Both the position numbers and the translations under genes were made by a program. Positions 1-8,527 of a DNA stretch of 64,000 nucleotides are shown here, in pieces (positions within the stretch are counted from its first letter, which is position 1; every line of letters starts with the position of its first letter). The notes under the pieces are model-generated. The model had not been told where the DNA came from, made no database searches, and saw nothing but the letters and a program-made list of their open reading frames with translations. The stretch is from a virus (Duplodnaviria; Caudoviricetes), in IMG/VR virus record IMGVR_UViG_3300032167_000106, positions 4,424-68,423 of that record. One strand, given 5' to 3'.

Positions 1-2
1 AG

Positions 3-1661
3 AAGGCAGCAAGAACCGCCAAGATCAATGCCGCCAGCGACGACACTTTCGGCTTCGACTGTGTCTGCCTGATTAAGGGTGTCCTGTGGGGATGGGACGG
101 CGACAAGGGAGAGACCTACGGCGGTGCCGGTTACGCCATCAACGGCGTTCCGGACATTGGTGCCGACGCAATGATTAAGAAATGCTCCGATGTGACCACC
201 GACTTTACCGACATCGAAATCGGCGAAGCGGTGTGGATGTCCGGGCATATCGGCGTCTATGTCGGCGACGGCCTTGCTGTCGAATGTACCCCGAAGTGGG
301 CTGATGGTGTTCAGCTCACCGCCTGCAACCGGTCCGTCAGCGGCTACAACCGCCGGGACTGGACGAAGCACGGCAAGTTGCCCTACATCACCTACGAAAA
401 GGCTGCCGAGGCACCGAAACCTACGGCTCCCGCACCGGCTTTGACGGTAATGACTGCCGCAGAGACCGAGAAGGCGATGTACAAGTACCTGACCGAGGAG
501 CTTGGCTTGAATTGTGCCGCCGCCTGCGGTGTGCTGGCTAACATCAACGCCGAGTCTGCGTTCGAGTCCACCAACCTGCAGCAGACCTATGAGAAGTCTC
601 TGGGCTTCACAGATGCCACCTATACCGCAGCGGTAGACAATGGCACCTATGACAACTTCGTCAGGGATGCCGCCGGCTACGGTTTGGCACAGTGGACATA
701 CTGGAGCCGCAAGCAGAAGCTGTTGGATTACGCCAAGAGCAAGGGCAAGTCCATCGGCGATGCAGAGATGCAGTTCCAGTTCTTCGGGCAGGAGATCAAG
801 GGATACTCCGCTGTATGGAATACCCTGAGATCTGTGCCGAACACCGCAGAGGGTGCGTATAAAGCGGCCTACGATGTCTGCTACCACTACGAAGCTCCTG
901 CAAATAAGGCTGTCCGGGCTGAGGAGCGTGGCAAGAGTGCCAAGAAATACTTTGCCAACTACGGCGGAGGATCTGCACCTGCTACTCCCACGACTCCGCC
1001 TGCAACCACCGATTTCGCTGTGGGCGACAAGGTCTATGTCACCGGCAAGATCTACGCCTACGGCAACGGCACTGGAAATTCCCTGACCAAGGAAAATTCG
1101 GTGATGTACATCTGCGAGTTCGTTGACTCCAAGAGATTTACACACTACATCGGCGTGTCCGCTGTGAAGGGCGGTCGCAGACAGGGTTGGGCAAAGCCCG
1201 ACATCCTGTCCAAGACCAGTTCCGCAACTCAGCCTGCACCGAAGCCCTCCACGGGCACCACGCAGGGCTACATTGAGTACCCTGTGCAGATCGGCGATAC
1301 GCTGACCAAGATCGCAGCGAAGTACAAGACGACCATCGCTAAGATCGTTGCCGCCAACGGCATCAAGGATGCCAACAAGATCTATGTCAATCAGATCTTG
1401 AAGATCCCCACCGAGGGTGTTACCGAAAATGTGACGACCGCAAAGCCTGCGACATTCGCTGTGGGCGATGCGGTCGTTGTTAATGGTACGATCACCGCCT
1501 ACGGCAGCGGTGGGGGCAAGAAGCTCACCAAGAAGGGTGTCCGGATGTATGTCTGCGACATCGAGAACTCCAAAGTTTACCCGAACTACATCGGCGTATC
1601 TGCCGTAAAGGGCAGTGCCCGTCAGGGCTGGGCGAACCCGGAGATCCTGACGAAACAGTAA
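3..1661 (+). CDS. Endolysin, 5'-truncated: NlpC/P60-like peptidase, phage tail lysozyme-like domain, two SH3-like repeats, LysM
   Basis: Frame is open from base 3 (FDCVCLIKG...GHIGVY); middle GVLANINAES...GYGLAQWT; LysM YPVQIGDTLTKIAAKY...IYVNQILKIP; ORF-track start 171 is internal. Confidence 0.9.
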   Translation, partial: KAARTAKINAASDDTFGFDCVCLIKGVLWGWDGDKGETYGGAGYAINGVPDIGADAMIKKCSDVTTDFTDIEIGEAVWMSGHIGVYVGDGLAVECTPKWADGVQLTACNRSVSGYNRRDWTKHGKLPYITYEKAAEAPKPTAPAPALTVMTAAETEKAMYKYLTEELGLNCAAACGVLANINAESAFESTNLQQTYEKSLGFTDATYTAAVDNGTYDNFVRDAAGYGLAQWTYWSRKQKLLDYAKSKGKSIGDAEMQFQFFGQEIKGYSAVWNTLRSVPNTAEGAYKAAYDVCYHYEAPANKAVRAEERGKSAKKYFANYGGGSAPATPTTPPATTDFAVGDKVYVTGKIYAYGNGTGNSLTKENSVMYICEFVDSKRFTHYIGVSAVKGGRRQGWAKPDILSKTSSATQPAPKPSTGTTQGYIEYPVQIGDTLTKIAAKYKTTIAKIVAANGIKDANKIYVNQILKIPTEGVTENVTTAKPATFAVGDAVVVNGTITAYGSGGGKKLTKKGVRMYVCDIENSKVYPNYIGVSAVKGSARQGWANPEILTKQ

Positions 1662-1673
1662 GGGGTGATCTGT

Positions 1674-2168
1674 ATGGGCAGAAAAATCCTTGCTTGGATC
1701 GTCGTGTTCCTGCTTCTGCTCCCGTTCCTGATCCTGATCTTGTCCGGATGTTCTGCACCCAGACAAGCTGTTCCGGAAACGGTGCCGCAGACGACCGCTC
1801 CGGTGGAAACGGAGACTGAGGGTATCGGAGATATAGAAACCGTATACAGCGAATACGCCGTGATCGACATCGCCGTAGGCGAGGACGGGGCGTATTGCTT
1901 AATGGCGGAGATCTCTGTGGATATGCTTGATGGGGAGCCCATCGGGGTCGTGATATGCGACCCCACGCTCCTGGCGTTCCAAGTATCCTCTAAGCACGAC
2001 AACGGCGTCTTCCTGTTCGATATGAATGACGGCTTTGAAGCTATTGACGAACTGAAAGACATCAGGGATGCGTTGGTTGACCAAGGCAATGCTGAGCTTG
2101 CCGAAAGAGTACAGAATGTAATTGACCGCTTCGATCGTGCAGGACCGTATTGCGGAGAAAGCACCTGA
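1674..2168 (+). CDS. Predicted lipoprotein in the lysis cassette
   Basis: MGRK, hydrophobic stretch, lipobox LSGC; RBS GGGGTGA. Confidence 0.75.
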   Translation: MGRKILAWIVVFLLLLPFLILILSGCSAPRQAVPETVPQTTAPVETETEGIGDIETVYSEYAVIDIAVGEDGAYCLMAEISVDMLDGEPIGVVICDPTLLAFQVSSKHDNGVFLFDMNDGFEAIDELKDIRDALVDQGNAELAERVQNVIDRFDRAGPYCGEST

Positions 2169-2182
2169 CGGGGTGATAGATA

Positions 2183-2350
2183 ATGCTTGAGGCTCTTTTG
2201 AACCTGCTGCCATACGCCATCGGCTTGGCAGTGGCCGGCTTCTGGATCTATTGCCTTGCAACGGAAGACCGTAGCGAAACAGTCTGCCAGCCTGAAGACT
2301 GTGAATATTGTCCGTTCCCGTGTGAAGGCTGCACCGGGAAAAATAAATAA
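2183..2350 (+). CDS. Small membrane protein with Cys-rich tail (55 aa)
   Basis: Read by hand: MLEALLNLLPYAIGLAVAGFWIYCL...CQPEDCEYCPFPCEGC; below the ORF-track cutoff. Confidence 0.65.
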   Translation: MLEALLNLLPYAIGLAVAGFWIYCLATEDRSETVCQPEDCEYCPFPCEGCTGKNK

Positions 2351-2371
2351 CCAGAAACGAGGTAATTGATT

Positions 2372-2875
2372 ATGACTGCAATGGAAATTGTTGAGATCAT
2401 CATCGTCCTTCTCTGCGTCATCGCATACGGCTTTATGCTGTACTTCAAGGTGAAGGGCAATGTCGTCGGGGCTGTCAGTGAACTGATCGCCCTTGCCGAA
2501 AAGACCGGGCTCCCCGGCAGTGAGAAGATGGCACAGGTCGTCGATGCTCTGTATGCCAAAGTCCCGGCTTGGCTCCGGAAGATTTTTACGAAAGAACGAC
2601 TGCAAGACATCGCACAGTGGATTTTTGACTGGATGCGGAAATATGCCGATACCTATGTCGAGATGGCAAAGGATGATACGACTGATGCAGAACTGAAAGA
2701 AACTGCCGTCGAAGTAGGTACGGAAGCAATCGCAGATCTTGTTACACAGCTGATGAACGCAGGACTCCAGGAACTCCACGATCTTGCGGTTGAGAAGGGC
2801 GTATTCACCGATGGTCTCAAGACCAAGAAGGATTATGCTCAGGCCATCATCAAGGCCGTCCTGAACAAAGCGTAA
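2372..2875 (+). CDS. Holin-like protein (LL-H-type) with C-terminal extension
   Basis: One N-terminal TM helix, AEKTGLPGSEKMAQVVDAL motif, located in the lysis cassette. Confidence 0.65.
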   Translation: MTAMEIVEIIIVLLCVIAYGFMLYFKVKGNVVGAVSELIALAEKTGLPGSEKMAQVVDALYAKVPAWLRKIFTKERLQDIAQWIFDWMRKYADTYVEMAKDDTTDAELKETAVEVGTEAIADLVTQLMNAGLQELHDLAVEKGVFTDGLKTKKDYAQAIIKAVLNKA

Positions 2876-2961
2876 ACGGGCTTCAACCTCCGGCCCGATA
2901 CGCCCGTCATTCAGGGCGGTGCCCCCTCACTGCCTGATAACTGAATGACGGTATATAGCAG

Positions 2962-2998
2962 TACCCCCACTCCGGATTGCCGGGGTGGGGGTATTTTT
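2962..2998 (+). terminator. Intrinsic terminator ending the lysis/late operon
   Basis: TACCCCCACTCCGG-ATTG-CCGGGGTGGGGGTA followed by TTTTT. Confidence 0.9.
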
Positions 2999-3382
2999 GC
3001 GTTTATGGGAAAATACCACTTAGGATCAAAGGGCAGCCAAGGGGAACGGAGGTTAGCACAATTTGGACACTCATTACCTCCGGGACAAAAACCCGCCAAA
3101 AGGCTGCCAAATGCCTCCTACGGGGGTTTGAAATCAGGAAGGCGGAGCCTCCAAAAAGTAAAGAAGATAAGATACCACATACGCACGGAAAATCAATTCA
3201 CAAAATAGACAAAAAATGAAGTTCGTTTTTTACATATCAGTCTCTCGGGCACTTTAGACCTTTGCCATATACAATCACCTCTGAATGGAAAACCCCGGTA
3301 AACCCCGCCAAATGGCCCGTATGTAATTTGTCCTTGTAAATGATTATTTTGAAAAATAATTTGAAAAATCCGAAAATAATAC

Positions 3383-3410
3383 TTGACTTAGGAGGTAGGT
3401 GTTGTAAGAT
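3383..3410 (+). promoter_or_regulatory. Repeated phage promoter P1
   Basis: TTGACT-TAGGAGGTAGGTGTTG-TAAGAT, 16-nt spacer, A-rich upstream tract. Confidence 0.85.
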
Positions 3411-3425
3411 TAAGGTACAAATAAA

Positions 3426-3439
3426 TTACCAATCGGTAA
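3426..3439. promoter_or_regulatory. Palindromic operator TTACCAATCGGTAA
   Basis: Same motif occurs in the cI-cro switch (40661, 40932). Confidence 0.75.
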
Positions 3440-3474
3440 CAGCCGAAAGGTACAACGGTAAAGGAGTAACCGAA

Positions 3475-3666
3475 ATGGACGAACAGATGATCCAGGCGAA
3501 ATTCCAGAAGGCTCAGGCCGATAGCATCCGCTACGGCATTTGCTACATCCTCAGCAACGGCAAAGACCTGCAGACGGCAGTGACCGAGCAGCTCAAGGAA
3601 GACCTGAAAGAGAAGGGCTACTGGGTGGCCTTGATCTTCCAGAATGGCTACAAGGTAGACTTGTAA
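3475..3666 (+). CDS. Hypothetical protein, first gene after P1
   Basis: RBS AAGGAG, ATG 3475. Confidence 0.7.
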   Translation: MDEQMIQAKFQKAQADSIRYGICYILSNGKDLQTAVTEQLKEDLKEKGYWVALIFQNGYKVDL

Positions 3667-3678
3667 GGAGGATCCGGA

Positions 3679-3861
3679 ATGAGACGAAAGAACGGACGGA
3701 CCGCAAAGGTCCTGAACCAGTCCTGGCACGGAATTGCCCGTTGGGTAGTCCAGCACTATCTGGACGATTGCCTGATCTGTGAAACGGTTCGTAACAGCCG
3801 ACAGGCTGCAAGAAAGGTAGCCCAGAACTACATCGCAACCGGGATGATCCCGCTGAACTAA
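3679..3861 (+). CDS. Hypothetical protein
   Basis: ORF with RBS AAGGAGG. Confidence 0.65.
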   Translation: MRRKNGRTAKVLNQSWHGIARWVVQHYLDDCLICETVRNSRQAARKVAQNYIATGMIPLN

Positions 3862-3873
3862 GGAGGAACAGAA

Positions 3874-4230
3874 ATGATTGATCTTCGTAAGTACGAAAGT
3901 CTGATCCGGGAGCTGGTCGAAAAGGAAAGCGAAAAAGACCGGAATTGGAAATGGTCGATCAAGTACCTCGGAAAGTCGGTTGTCAGGATCGGCTGGGGCT
4001 ACCTGAACTACATCGGCGAGAAGGATACCTTCAAGCTGGAGATGCAGAATGAGGAACCTGGTTCCGGAGTTGGTGACTGGCTTTGGGCGAAATCCCCCAA
4101 CGGCGAATATGAGTGCTACTTGGTAGTCGAAGGCAAGCCGAACCCCCGGATCGGTGCTGAGATGAATATCGAGAACGCAATCCGTGATGCGATTTGGGAG
4201 ATCTCCTACATCGCACACAGCAGATATTGA
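3874..4230 (+). CDS. Hypothetical protein
   Basis: ORF with RBS AAGGAGG. Confidence 0.75.
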   Translation: MIDLRKYESLIRELVEKESEKDRNWKWSIKYLGKSVVRIGWGYLNYIGEKDTFKLEMQNEEPGSGVGDWLWAKSPNGEYECYLVVEGKPNPRIGAEMNIENAIRDAIWEISYIAHSRY

Positions 4231-4245
4231 TAGGAGGAAACGACA

Positions 4246-4503
4246 ATGAAACTGTACCTGGTTCAGGAGAAGCTCCCCGACGGAGAAATGTTCGCCAAGA
4301 TGAAACCCGCAACCGAAATCATCAACGACTTCGGCTTCCGGGATTGTACCGACGCCGAATACGAGGTCTACGATGTGAGCGAGTTCGGCAAGATCGTCAA
4401 GCTGGAGCACTGGCCGGCAATCTCGGCCCCGTTCAACTACCATCGGTTCGTCAATCCCGAAAGCGGCGAGATCGTATTTGAGGGTTACAGCCCGGAGCAT
4501 TAA
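4246..4503 (+). CDS. Hypothetical protein
   Basis: ORF with RBS AGGAGG. Confidence 0.75.
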   Translation: MKLYLVQEKLPDGEMFAKMKPATEIINDFGFRDCTDAEYEVYDVSEFGKIVKLEHWPAISAPFNYHRFVNPESGEIVFEGYSPEH

Positions 4504-4513
4504 GGAGGACGAT

Positions 4514-4693
4514 ATGACAGAGATCAGTATTGAACGATATGCCCAAAAGGTGCAGGAAGCGGCAAAGAAGTACCCCGGAGCTAAGATCACCAGCGTTGGC
4601 TTTGGAGCCGTAGATCGTCAGTGGGTGTATTTCCTGTTTATGAAGAAGGGCGAGGTTGAAATCAAAGTGACGATACCCGCCGAGGAGGAATGA
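4514..4693 (+). CDS. Hypothetical protein
   Basis: RBS AAGGAGG, ATG 4514. Confidence 0.7.
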   Translation: MTEISIERYAQKVQEAAKKYPGAKITSVGFGAVDRQWVYFLFMKKGEVEIKVTIPAEEE

Positions 4694-4989
4694 GGATGAA
4701 CGCAATGAAAAATGTGCGGCCCGAACAGGTGAAGCACTTGATCGTCAAGAGCATCGAGGAGTTCCAGAAGGATGTAAGATCCGCAGTTCACAAGAGTGCG
4801 TACCCCTTCGTTACCTGCGGCAAGGTTGAGTTCTTCGATGACATTGGCTACCGCAGCAAGTATGAAACAATGCTAAGACTGTCCGAATACTACGGTGTGG
4901 AAGTCGTGGCTGTTGAACCGGAGGACGAAGTCGAGGCGAAGAATATCTTGATTGAGTTCACCGATAAAGAAGTAAAATCCGAAACCTGA
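4690..4989 (+). CDS. Hypothetical protein
   Basis: ATGA overlap with upstream gene. Confidence 0.7.
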   Translation: MRMNAMKNVRPEQVKHLIVKSIEEFQKDVRSAVHKSAYPFVTCGKVEFFDDIGYRSKYETMLRLSEYYGVEVVAVEPEDEVEAKNILIEFTDKEVKSET

Positions 4990-5008
4990 ATTATAGGAGG
5001 ACAAAGAA

Positions 5009-5347
5009 ATGGTAGGCAAGATGATGTTCGTAGCTGTAAGCAAACCCGTTGTTTCCAGAAGAAAGCCCGAGGCTCCCGAGGTCGACGCAGACCAGGTGGT
5101 CTTGCAGATGGTGAACTCTGCGACCCGCAAGCGTATCAATGAGCAGAAGAAGCAGGAGCTGATCCACCGGATCGAGGAGCTCCAGCGTCGTGAAGCGGCT
5201 GTGCTTCGCCGTGAACAGGTCGTAGGCCGCAAGGAAGCTAAGCAGAGAGCTTGGGACAGACGGGTCAACCTCATTGTTGACAGTCTGCTTGTCCTGTTCT
5301 CCACGATCGGTATGGTCGTGACTGTCATGTTCCTATTGGGACTGTGA
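5009..5347 (+). CDS. Hypothetical protein, coiled coil plus C-terminal TM helix
   Basis: RBS AGGAGG; hydrophobic C-terminus. Confidence 0.75.
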   Translation: MVGKMMFVAVSKPVVSRRKPEAPEVDADQVVLQMVNSATRKRINEQKKQELIHRIEELQRREAAVLRREQVVGRKEAKQRAWDRRVNLIVDSLLVLFSTIGMVVTVMFLLGL

Positions 5348-5354
5348 GGTTGAT

Positions 5355-5561
5355 ATGAGTAAGACGGTAGACGGTGTTCGGTACTTCGTTTGCAAGAAGT
5401 GCGGACAGCCTAAGCAGGAAGGTATCGCTCACTGGAAGAAGAAAAGTCAGAAAGATAAGAATGTCTGCCTCGACTGCATCAAGCGGCGGAAGATTATGGA
5501 GCAGACCCGTGAGGAGATGGGGCTGAGCATCGGCTCCTTCTTCGGCAGATACAGAATGTGA
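5355..5561 (+). CDS. Small CxxC...CxxC zinc-finger-like protein
   Basis: CKKC...CLDC. Confidence 0.7.
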   Translation: MSKTVDGVRYFVCKKCGQPKQEGIAHWKKKSQKDKNVCLDCIKRRKIMEQTREEMGLSIGSFFGRYRM

Positions 5562-5569
5562 GGTGCTAT

Positions 5570-5839
5570 ATGGCAGTGAATGTAAAGAAACTGGCAGAGT
5601 GCGTGTATGACATTACATCGGTCGCCTGCCACGCTCTGTTCGCAGATCCGGACAGAAAAGAGCAGGACATCGACTCCAGAGCATTGTTCGACGACATCTA
5701 TGGATGGGCTCAGGAGTTCGAGAGGGAGAACCCGGACCCGGTTGATTATATGCTGGAGATCGAGATCTTCGCATACAAGAAACTGCGTGAGAATGGCTAT
5801 ATGCCAGAAGGGGGTGACGACGATGATGGTTGCGTTTAA
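5570..5839 (+). CDS. Hypothetical protein
   Basis: RBS GAGGTG, ATG 5570. Confidence 0.7.
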   Translation: MAVNVKKLAECVYDITSVACHALFADPDRKEQDIDSRALFDDIYGWAQEFERENPDPVDYMLEIEIFAYKKLRENGYMPEGGDDDDGCV

Positions 5840-5987
5840 GATCCTGATGTTCATCTGTGCGATCCTGTCCTTCTTTGGCAGTATGGGCGAGAAAGACACG
5901 GCAAAGCAGAAGATGCAGCTTGCTATCTTCGCATCTTCCGGTGTTTTGTTCCTTTTAGCCGAAGCGGTCACGAAATTCATTCATTGA
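5826..5987 (+). CDS. Small two-TM membrane protein
   Basis: MVAFKILMFICAILSFFG...LAIFASSGVLFLLA. Confidence 0.65.
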   Translation: MVAFKILMFICAILSFFGSMGEKDTAKQKMQLAIFASSGVLFLLAEAVTKFIH

Positions 5988-6000
5988 GAGGTGATACAGA

Positions 6001-6234
6001 GTGGAAAGACGGAGAAGGAAAAGGTGCAGATTTCCCGCTGGTGTTACCATCAAACCGGATGGGGTGAACAGTCTTGCCCCTTGTGTGTACGAAACCAAGG
6101 AGATCCATCGCAATGTAACGGTAGAAGTCTGCCAGTGCAAAGTGTGTGGACATATTGAATTATTTTGGACGCCGCAAGAAGACAGCGAACACGAGATCAT
6201 CGCTGAGCTTCAACCGGTGCCCGAAGACGAATAG
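6001..6234 (+). CDS. Hypothetical protein with CQCKVCGH motif
   Basis: ORF track; RBS GAGGTGA. Confidence 0.65.
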   Translation: MERRRRKRCRFPAGVTIKPDGVNSLAPCVYETKEIHRNVTVEVCQCKVCGHIELFWTPQEDSEHEIIAELQPVPEDE

Positions 6235-6247
6235 GAGGTGAAATAGA

Positions 6248-6445
6248 ATGGACCATATCGAACAGAGAGTGCAGACCCTGGTGGCGTTCATCCGGAACGC
6301 CTGCCGCATTTGCGGCCTGAACATCACGATCTTCGACGGCAAGATCGGCTTCGTCGATCAGGAAGCAAAGAAGATTGTGGCAGCCTGGGCACCGGAGTAC
6401 ACGGTGGACGACATCCCCGAGAAGAAAGAGGAGGTAGCGGAATGA
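6248..6445 (+). CDS. Hypothetical protein
   Basis: RBS GGAGGTGA. Confidence 0.7.
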   Translation: MDHIEQRVQTLVAFIRNACRICGLNITIFDGKIGFVDQEAKKIVAAWAPEYTVDDIPEKKEEVAE

Positions 6446-6765
6446 GTGACCTGCCTCGTTCTCTGCGGGAACTGAGTGAGTTCCTGATGCCGCAAAACGC
6501 AGAGCTTGTCCGGTTGGCGGCAGACAGCATCGAGAGCCTTGAAGCTCAGAACGACCGCCTGAAAGGGGCGTTGCAGGAGTGGATCGACGGAAAGTGTATT
6601 TCACAGAAGTACCTGACTATGATCGGCGATCTACAACAAAGCCTTGCTAAGGCTAAACACGAGCGGGCTTTGGCAGTCGACGACGCTGCGGTCGCAAACA
6701 ATATTCTTAAACTGGTGTATGACCACCTAAGGTCGTGTCCTGGAATGACTGGAGGCGAAGACTGA
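6442..6765 (+). CDS. Hypothetical coiled-coil protein
   Basis: RBS GGAGGT, ATGA overlap. Confidence 0.7.
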   Translation: MSDLPRSLRELSEFLMPQNAELVRLAADSIESLEAQNDRLKGALQEWIDGKCISQKYLTMIGDLQQSLAKAKHERALAVDDAAVANNILKLVYDHLRSCPGMTGGED

Positions 6766-7014
6766 ATGTTGGATACATCGAATAGAGCTGACTACAAGAG
6801 AGGCGGCTACCTTTTCGTAGAGTGCCTCTGTTGTGGAGAGCGTTTCAACGCAGGTCGTGGAGGCAACGGTGCTGGTGTTAGGTACTGTGCGGCTCTCAAG
6901 AACGACTGGTGGGCAAGGCACACCGGGCAGAAAAGCCCTGAGGTTGTCCATGTATGCGACGACGATGTTAAGCTCTGCAGTAAATTGAACCCGGAGGAGA
7001 TCAGGAATGAGTAA
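6766..7014 (+). CDS. Hypothetical Cys-containing protein
   Basis: ORF track; abuts neighbours. Confidence 0.65.
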   Translation: MLDTSNRADYKRGGYLFVECLCCGERFNAGRGGNGAGVRYCAALKNDWWARHTGQKSPEVVHVCDDDVKLCSKLNPEEIRNE

Positions 7015-7216
7015 GATTACCCAAGAACAGTATTTGCAGATCAAGGAAGCAAGATCCATCCAGGAGAGGGCTCAGTTGTTGGAAGAATACGCAGGCATCG
7101 AAACCCGGCCATACACGGGATGCCAGTATTTTTGCGGCGGTAATTTCGTTGGCGACGACAGCGAGTACACCTTGGATGAAGTCCTGAAAAATGCGTTTGT
7201 GGAGGTGGAAGAATGA
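7007..7216 (+). CDS. Hypothetical protein
   Basis: RBS GGAGGAG. Confidence 0.7.
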   Translation: MSKITQEQYLQIKEARSIQERAQLLEEYAGIETRPYTGCQYFCGGNFVGDDSEYTLDEVLKNAFVEVEE

Positions 7217-7551
7217 GCTTCGGAGTACCGAAATACGAGATCCCGAAGAATGTAAGGTGGGAGCCACCGGCACCCAAGAAGGTGGCGATCACTACATCCG
7301 ATTACCGCCCCTGCAGCGTGGATGGCATCAAGGCAATCTTCCACCGGTGGGCTGAAAAGTCCTGGGTCGTTCCGCCCTCACCGTTGGTAGGCGGTCATTC
7401 CGGAGGCACCGTTCGTGGCGTGTTCGCCATCATTGAGATGGAGGACGGCACGGTTCGTGAGGTAGAGCCTACGCAGATCAAGTTCGACACGACAGACCGG
7501 CGATTTGAAACGCTGAGGCGGCATTGTCTTGGCCAGTTTGAGGATGAGTGA
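7213..7551 (+). CDS. Hypothetical protein
   Basis: ATGA overlap; RBS GGAGGT. Confidence 0.7.
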   Translation: MSFGVPKYEIPKNVRWEPPAPKKVAITTSDYRPCSVDGIKAIFHRWAEKSWVVPPSPLVGGHSGGTVRGVFAIIEMEDGTVREVEPTQIKFDTTDRRFETLRRHCLGQFEDE

Positions 7552-7738
7552 TATGGGAAAGTATTACTCGTCCGATATTACCTGGTGCAGTTGCGGCTGC
7601 GCCAATAAGGACTGCTCCTGCAATATCTGCCACCTTGACCGTTTAAGGGGGCGTGGCTATTACAGCCAAGCTGATTACAGCAGTAAGTGCCCGAACTACA
7701 AACCGAAAGGAACGAAGAAAAGCGATGTTACACAGTAA
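7544..7738 (+). CDS. Small Cys-rich protein
   Basis: DITWCSCGCANKDCSCNIC...C. Confidence 0.6.
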   Translation: MSDMGKYYSSDITWCSCGCANKDCSCNICHLDRLRGRGYYSQADYSSKCPNYKPKGTKKSDVTQ

Positions 7739-8132
7739 CCAGAAGTTTTGTATATCCTGTGAGGAGGAACACCTCAAAGAAGTCGTGCAGCTGATACTCG
7801 GAATGGAGGGTAGCGGCAAAAAGTGCAGACCGCTTGCTTACCAGATAGTCGGTGATCGGTTTGTGGTAGGCTATTACTACGACGAACCGAAACCGGGCTG
7901 GACCAAGTTTATGTTCGGTGAAAAAACTGGCATTGAGCTGATCCTGGCTGCGATCAAACAGTTCACCCACGACAACCCGTCCCACGAGTATAATGGGGGA
8001 GACGGATCGTTCTATCCTGGCTATCTCGTAGAAACTGTAAAAGAAAGCCTTGCAGATGTGTCGGAAGGCATTAAGAACCCTTGGTACGGCATCTTCTCTG
8101 TCAGGGCGTACAACTGCTACTACTCGAAGTAG
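7725..8132 (+). CDS. Hypothetical protein
   Basis: ORF track, in-frame ATG 7725. Confidence 0.7.
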   Translation: MLHSNQKFCISCEEEHLKEVVQLILGMEGSGKKCRPLAYQIVGDRFVVGYYYDEPKPGWTKFMFGEKTGIELILAAIKQFTHDNPSHEYNGGDGSFYPGYLVETVKESLADVSEGIKNPWYGIFSVRAYNCYYSK

Positions 8133-8139
8133 GTGCCCT

Positions 8140-8433
8140 ATGACGAGAAAAAAGTTCATCAAGAGATATATGGCATACGGGATGCCAAGAAATGCCGCTA
8201 AGTGGCTTGCAAGAGAGGCAGTCAAAGCGATGGGTTCGTATGGCAGTTTTGCGGAAGCGGATTGCTGCAGGCTATCAAATGGGCTGACTATCCGGAATGT
8301 GCTGATAGACAGATCTTCTATTCAGCCCAAGCAAGAAACTGAGTGGAAAAGAACCGATTTATCAAGGTGGTGCGACTCACAGAGGACACTTGCACCAGCT
8401 TATGAGACCAAGTTGAAGATGTGCAGCCCTTGA
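8140..8433 (+). CDS. Hypothetical protein
   Basis: RBS AGGTG, ATG 8140. Confidence 0.6.
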   Translation: MTRKKFIKRYMAYGMPRNAAKWLAREAVKAMGSYGSFAEADCCRLSNGLTIRNVLIDRSSIQPKQETEWKRTDLSRWCDSQRTLAPAYETKLKMCSP

Positions 8434-8444
8434 GCGTCAGTTAG

Positions 8445-8509
8445 GAGCCAACACAGCGAACCCGGACATACACTCCATCATTAGGCTCCGCTCTATCAGC
8501 TCCATTCTG
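8445..8509 (+). repeat. Intergenic repeat family A, copy 1
   Basis: GAGCCAACACAGCGAACCCGGACATACACTCCATCATTAGG...ATCAGCTCCATT aligns with the 59281 copy. Confidence 0.7.
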
Positions 8510-8527
8510 TTTGTAGGAGGTGGAAAC

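Larger units (their letters stand above)
3365..3439 (+). repeat. 75-bp direct repeat, copy 1 (promoter plus operator); partner at 24002-24076
   Basis: Manual alignment gives 2 mismatches in 75 bp. Confidence 0.95.

Noticed and set aside
3388-4590. 400-aa minus-strand ORF, and similar long antisense ORFs (1622-2779, 20193-21695, 28336-29349, 50373-51518, 55231-56517, 60135-61349, 61352-62389)
   Set aside because: They shadow plus-strand genes with good RBSs and recognisable motifs; no domain or RBS of their own
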